Source: Squalus acanthias (Eukaryota). Taken from it: 64,000 nucleotides of DNA. The notes below the pieces were generated by a model. The model was not told where the DNA came from. It saw only the letters and a list, made by a program, of their open reading frames with translations, and searched no databases. Position 1 is the first letter of the stretch, and each line of letters opens with the position of its first letter. Where the stretch lies: contig CM059425.1 of assembly GCA_030390025.1 (NCBI GenBank), positions 163,000,001 to 163,064,000 on the forward strand. The letters run 5' to 3'. The translations under genes and the position numbers were made by a program. Positions 62,196-64,000 of the stretch are shown piece after piece.

Positions 62196-62969
62196 CATTG
62201 ATGAAGCAGCTGAAGATGGTTGAGCCTAGGACACTGCCCTGAGGAATTCCTGCAGCAATGTTCTGGGGCTGTGATGATTGATCTTCAACCACCACAACCA
62301 TCTTCCTTTGTGCTAGGTATGACTCCAATCAGTGGAGCGTTTTCCCCCTGATTCCCATTGACTTCCGTTTTACTATGGCTCCTAGGGTGACCTAATAGGG
62401 GTCCTTAAAATTATGAAAAGTTTTGATAGAGTAGATAGAGAGTGTTTCCACTTGTGGGGAAGAGCATAACTAGAGGCCATAAATATAAAAGATAGTCACC
62501 AAGAAATCAAATAGGGAATTAAGAAACTTCTTTACCCAGAGTGGTGAGAATGTGGAACGTGCTACCATAGGGCGTAGTTGAGGCAAATAGTATAGATGCA
62601 TTTAAGGGGAGGCTAGATAAGCATATGAGGGAGAAGGGAATAGAAGGTTATGCTGATAGAGTAAGATAAGGAAGGTGGTGAGGAGGCTCGAGTGGAGCAT
62701 AAACACCGGCATGGACGGGTTGGGCCGAAGGGCCTGTTTCTGTGCCGTATATCCCATGTAATCCAAAGTAAAAAGTTAATTATGCAGTTGTCTTTCATAT
62801 GGATATTTAGTGGGACCAAAACTTTTTAAAAGGTTGCTTTTTACAACCTGTCATGAGTTTAACATGCATGTCTACCTCAATATTTTATTGTTATATCTAT
62901 GGATAATTAAACAAATGTATTTTAGATGAATAATTTCAATATCTGAAATATAACTTTCTTTTTTAACAG

Positions 62970-63106
62970 GATTTCAATCCATTAAGGAATCAATCAGTTC
63001 ACTGAGCGAAATCAGTGATAAGAAGATAAAAATGGACAAAGAAAAGGTCCAGAAAGACTTAAAACAAATCAGGCGGCAGATAATTGATCTCAAAAACTAT
63101 CCATAA
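62970..63106 (+). CDS. FAM81B: FAM81B last coding exon
   Basis: Pyrimidine tract and CAG acceptor; (G)FQSIKESISSLSEISDKKIKMDKEKVQKDLKQIRRQIIDLKNYP* matches the recalled C-terminus (GFKSIHDSLSSL...KVQKDLKKLQRKIVEL). Confidence 0.93.
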
Positions 63107-64000
63107 AATTCCTACAGTGATCTAATAGATATCTGTAAACAAATGAAGACAGTAAGCCCGTTGAGGGATTCGGATATCATACAGCACAAGTCCGCAACTC
63201 GTGGTTTATATTTGAGCTCCAATATAGGATTATGGTTTTAAATTCACAATGAACCTGGTTAGGATCATCTCCCCCAGAAAGAAATGATGTCTGATATTTC
63301 TCCCCATTCAACACCGCCGAATCCTTAGCCACACATTGATGAGGCACTTCAAGTGTAACTGAGATTGCTGGATTTTCGATTTTTTTAGCTACTTTTCCCT
63401 TAAATTAAAATGGAAAGGTGAATTATCCCAGAAAACTGTAATCCGTGATCAATATTCAACCACATCAATTAAGTTCCGGTGAAAGGCAGCCTCGTACTTA
63501 AGACTTTTACTGGTAGCTTTATTATTGAAACCACTTCAGTGGTTGGACTAATGAGATTACATTGTTAAAGTGTATATCAATGAAGTGGGAAATACAAAAT
63601 GGTACTGCAGCTGCAGGAAGACTAAAAAATTAGAAACACAGGAAGAATGATTTCCAACTTTTCTTTTACCCTTAGCATTTACCTAGAACTATCCATGTTA
63701 CCAGAGTAGTCAGGTCAGAAAATCTTCATCAGCACTTCATTTAAATGTAAATAATTTTGTAGAGAATATCCATACATTGTGTAGTTTAATGCAAAATCTA
63801 TGCAAAAAATTTTATTTTACTCACACACAATTAACCTAAGATCTTTACATTTGTGCAGAGTTGGCACTTCTAAAAGCAAACTTTTAGTTGACATTCAGAT
63901 TTAGTTGCTTAAAAAATGCAAGTATACTTGTATTTAAATTTAGCTGTCAAATACTGTAAATCATTTGCACTATATTTACCTTGTATTTTAATTTTAAAAA

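Larger units (their letters stand above)
57365..62383 (-). mobile_element. Family B LINE (57365-58298 plus 62196-62383) split by a young CR1
   Basis: Poly-T tail near 57365; RT sequence continuous across the insertion (GGAAGGTCATTGAT then GAAGCAGCTGAAG). Confidence 0.88.
57300..62760 (+). mobile_element. Old CR1 3' fragment (57300-57364 plus 62384-62760) split by nested LINEs
   Basis: RMNRLGLFSLEKRLR at the left joins GGTGACCTAATAG... and a CR1 3' UTR at the right. Confidence 0.75.

Noticed and set aside
63400..64000. Possible 3' UTR of a convergent downstream gene (minus-strand AATAAA near 63518 and 63811)
   Set aside because: Hexamers are expected by chance in AT-rich DNA and no coding exon is visible in the window.

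Overview
Vertebrate genomic DNA, most likely a cartilaginous fish judging from the CR1/Penelope/Harbinger/SINE content (inference). Two host genes lie head-to-head, as I recall for human 5q15. The first coding exon of MCTP1 is on the minus strand (304-777), with a TATA box and GC box upstream. A complete 8-coding-exon FAM81B is on the plus strand (ATG 30836 to TAA 63106). FAM81B coding exon 7 is 1 nt short and hits a premature TGA at 53020. Most of the rest is transposable elements, often nested: full-length and truncated CR1 LINEs (one with an intact 978-aa ORF2), a complete Ty3/Gypsy element with 215-bp LTRs and a 5-bp TSD, Penelope-like remnants, several Harbinger elements and derivatives, L2 fragments, SINEs and MITE-like elements. 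Most notable: (1) the Gypsy element has no tRNA primer-binding site but a 13-nt segment perfectly complementary to its own LTR over the ATTAAA signal (candidate self-priming or poly(A) occlusion); (2) two minimal hammerhead-ribozyme motifs in Penelope-like termini, one filling the loop of a perfect 56-bp inverted repeat; (3) the FAM81B frameshift. Gene identities rest on recalled protein sequences, not database searches. Boundaries of old repeats are approximate.
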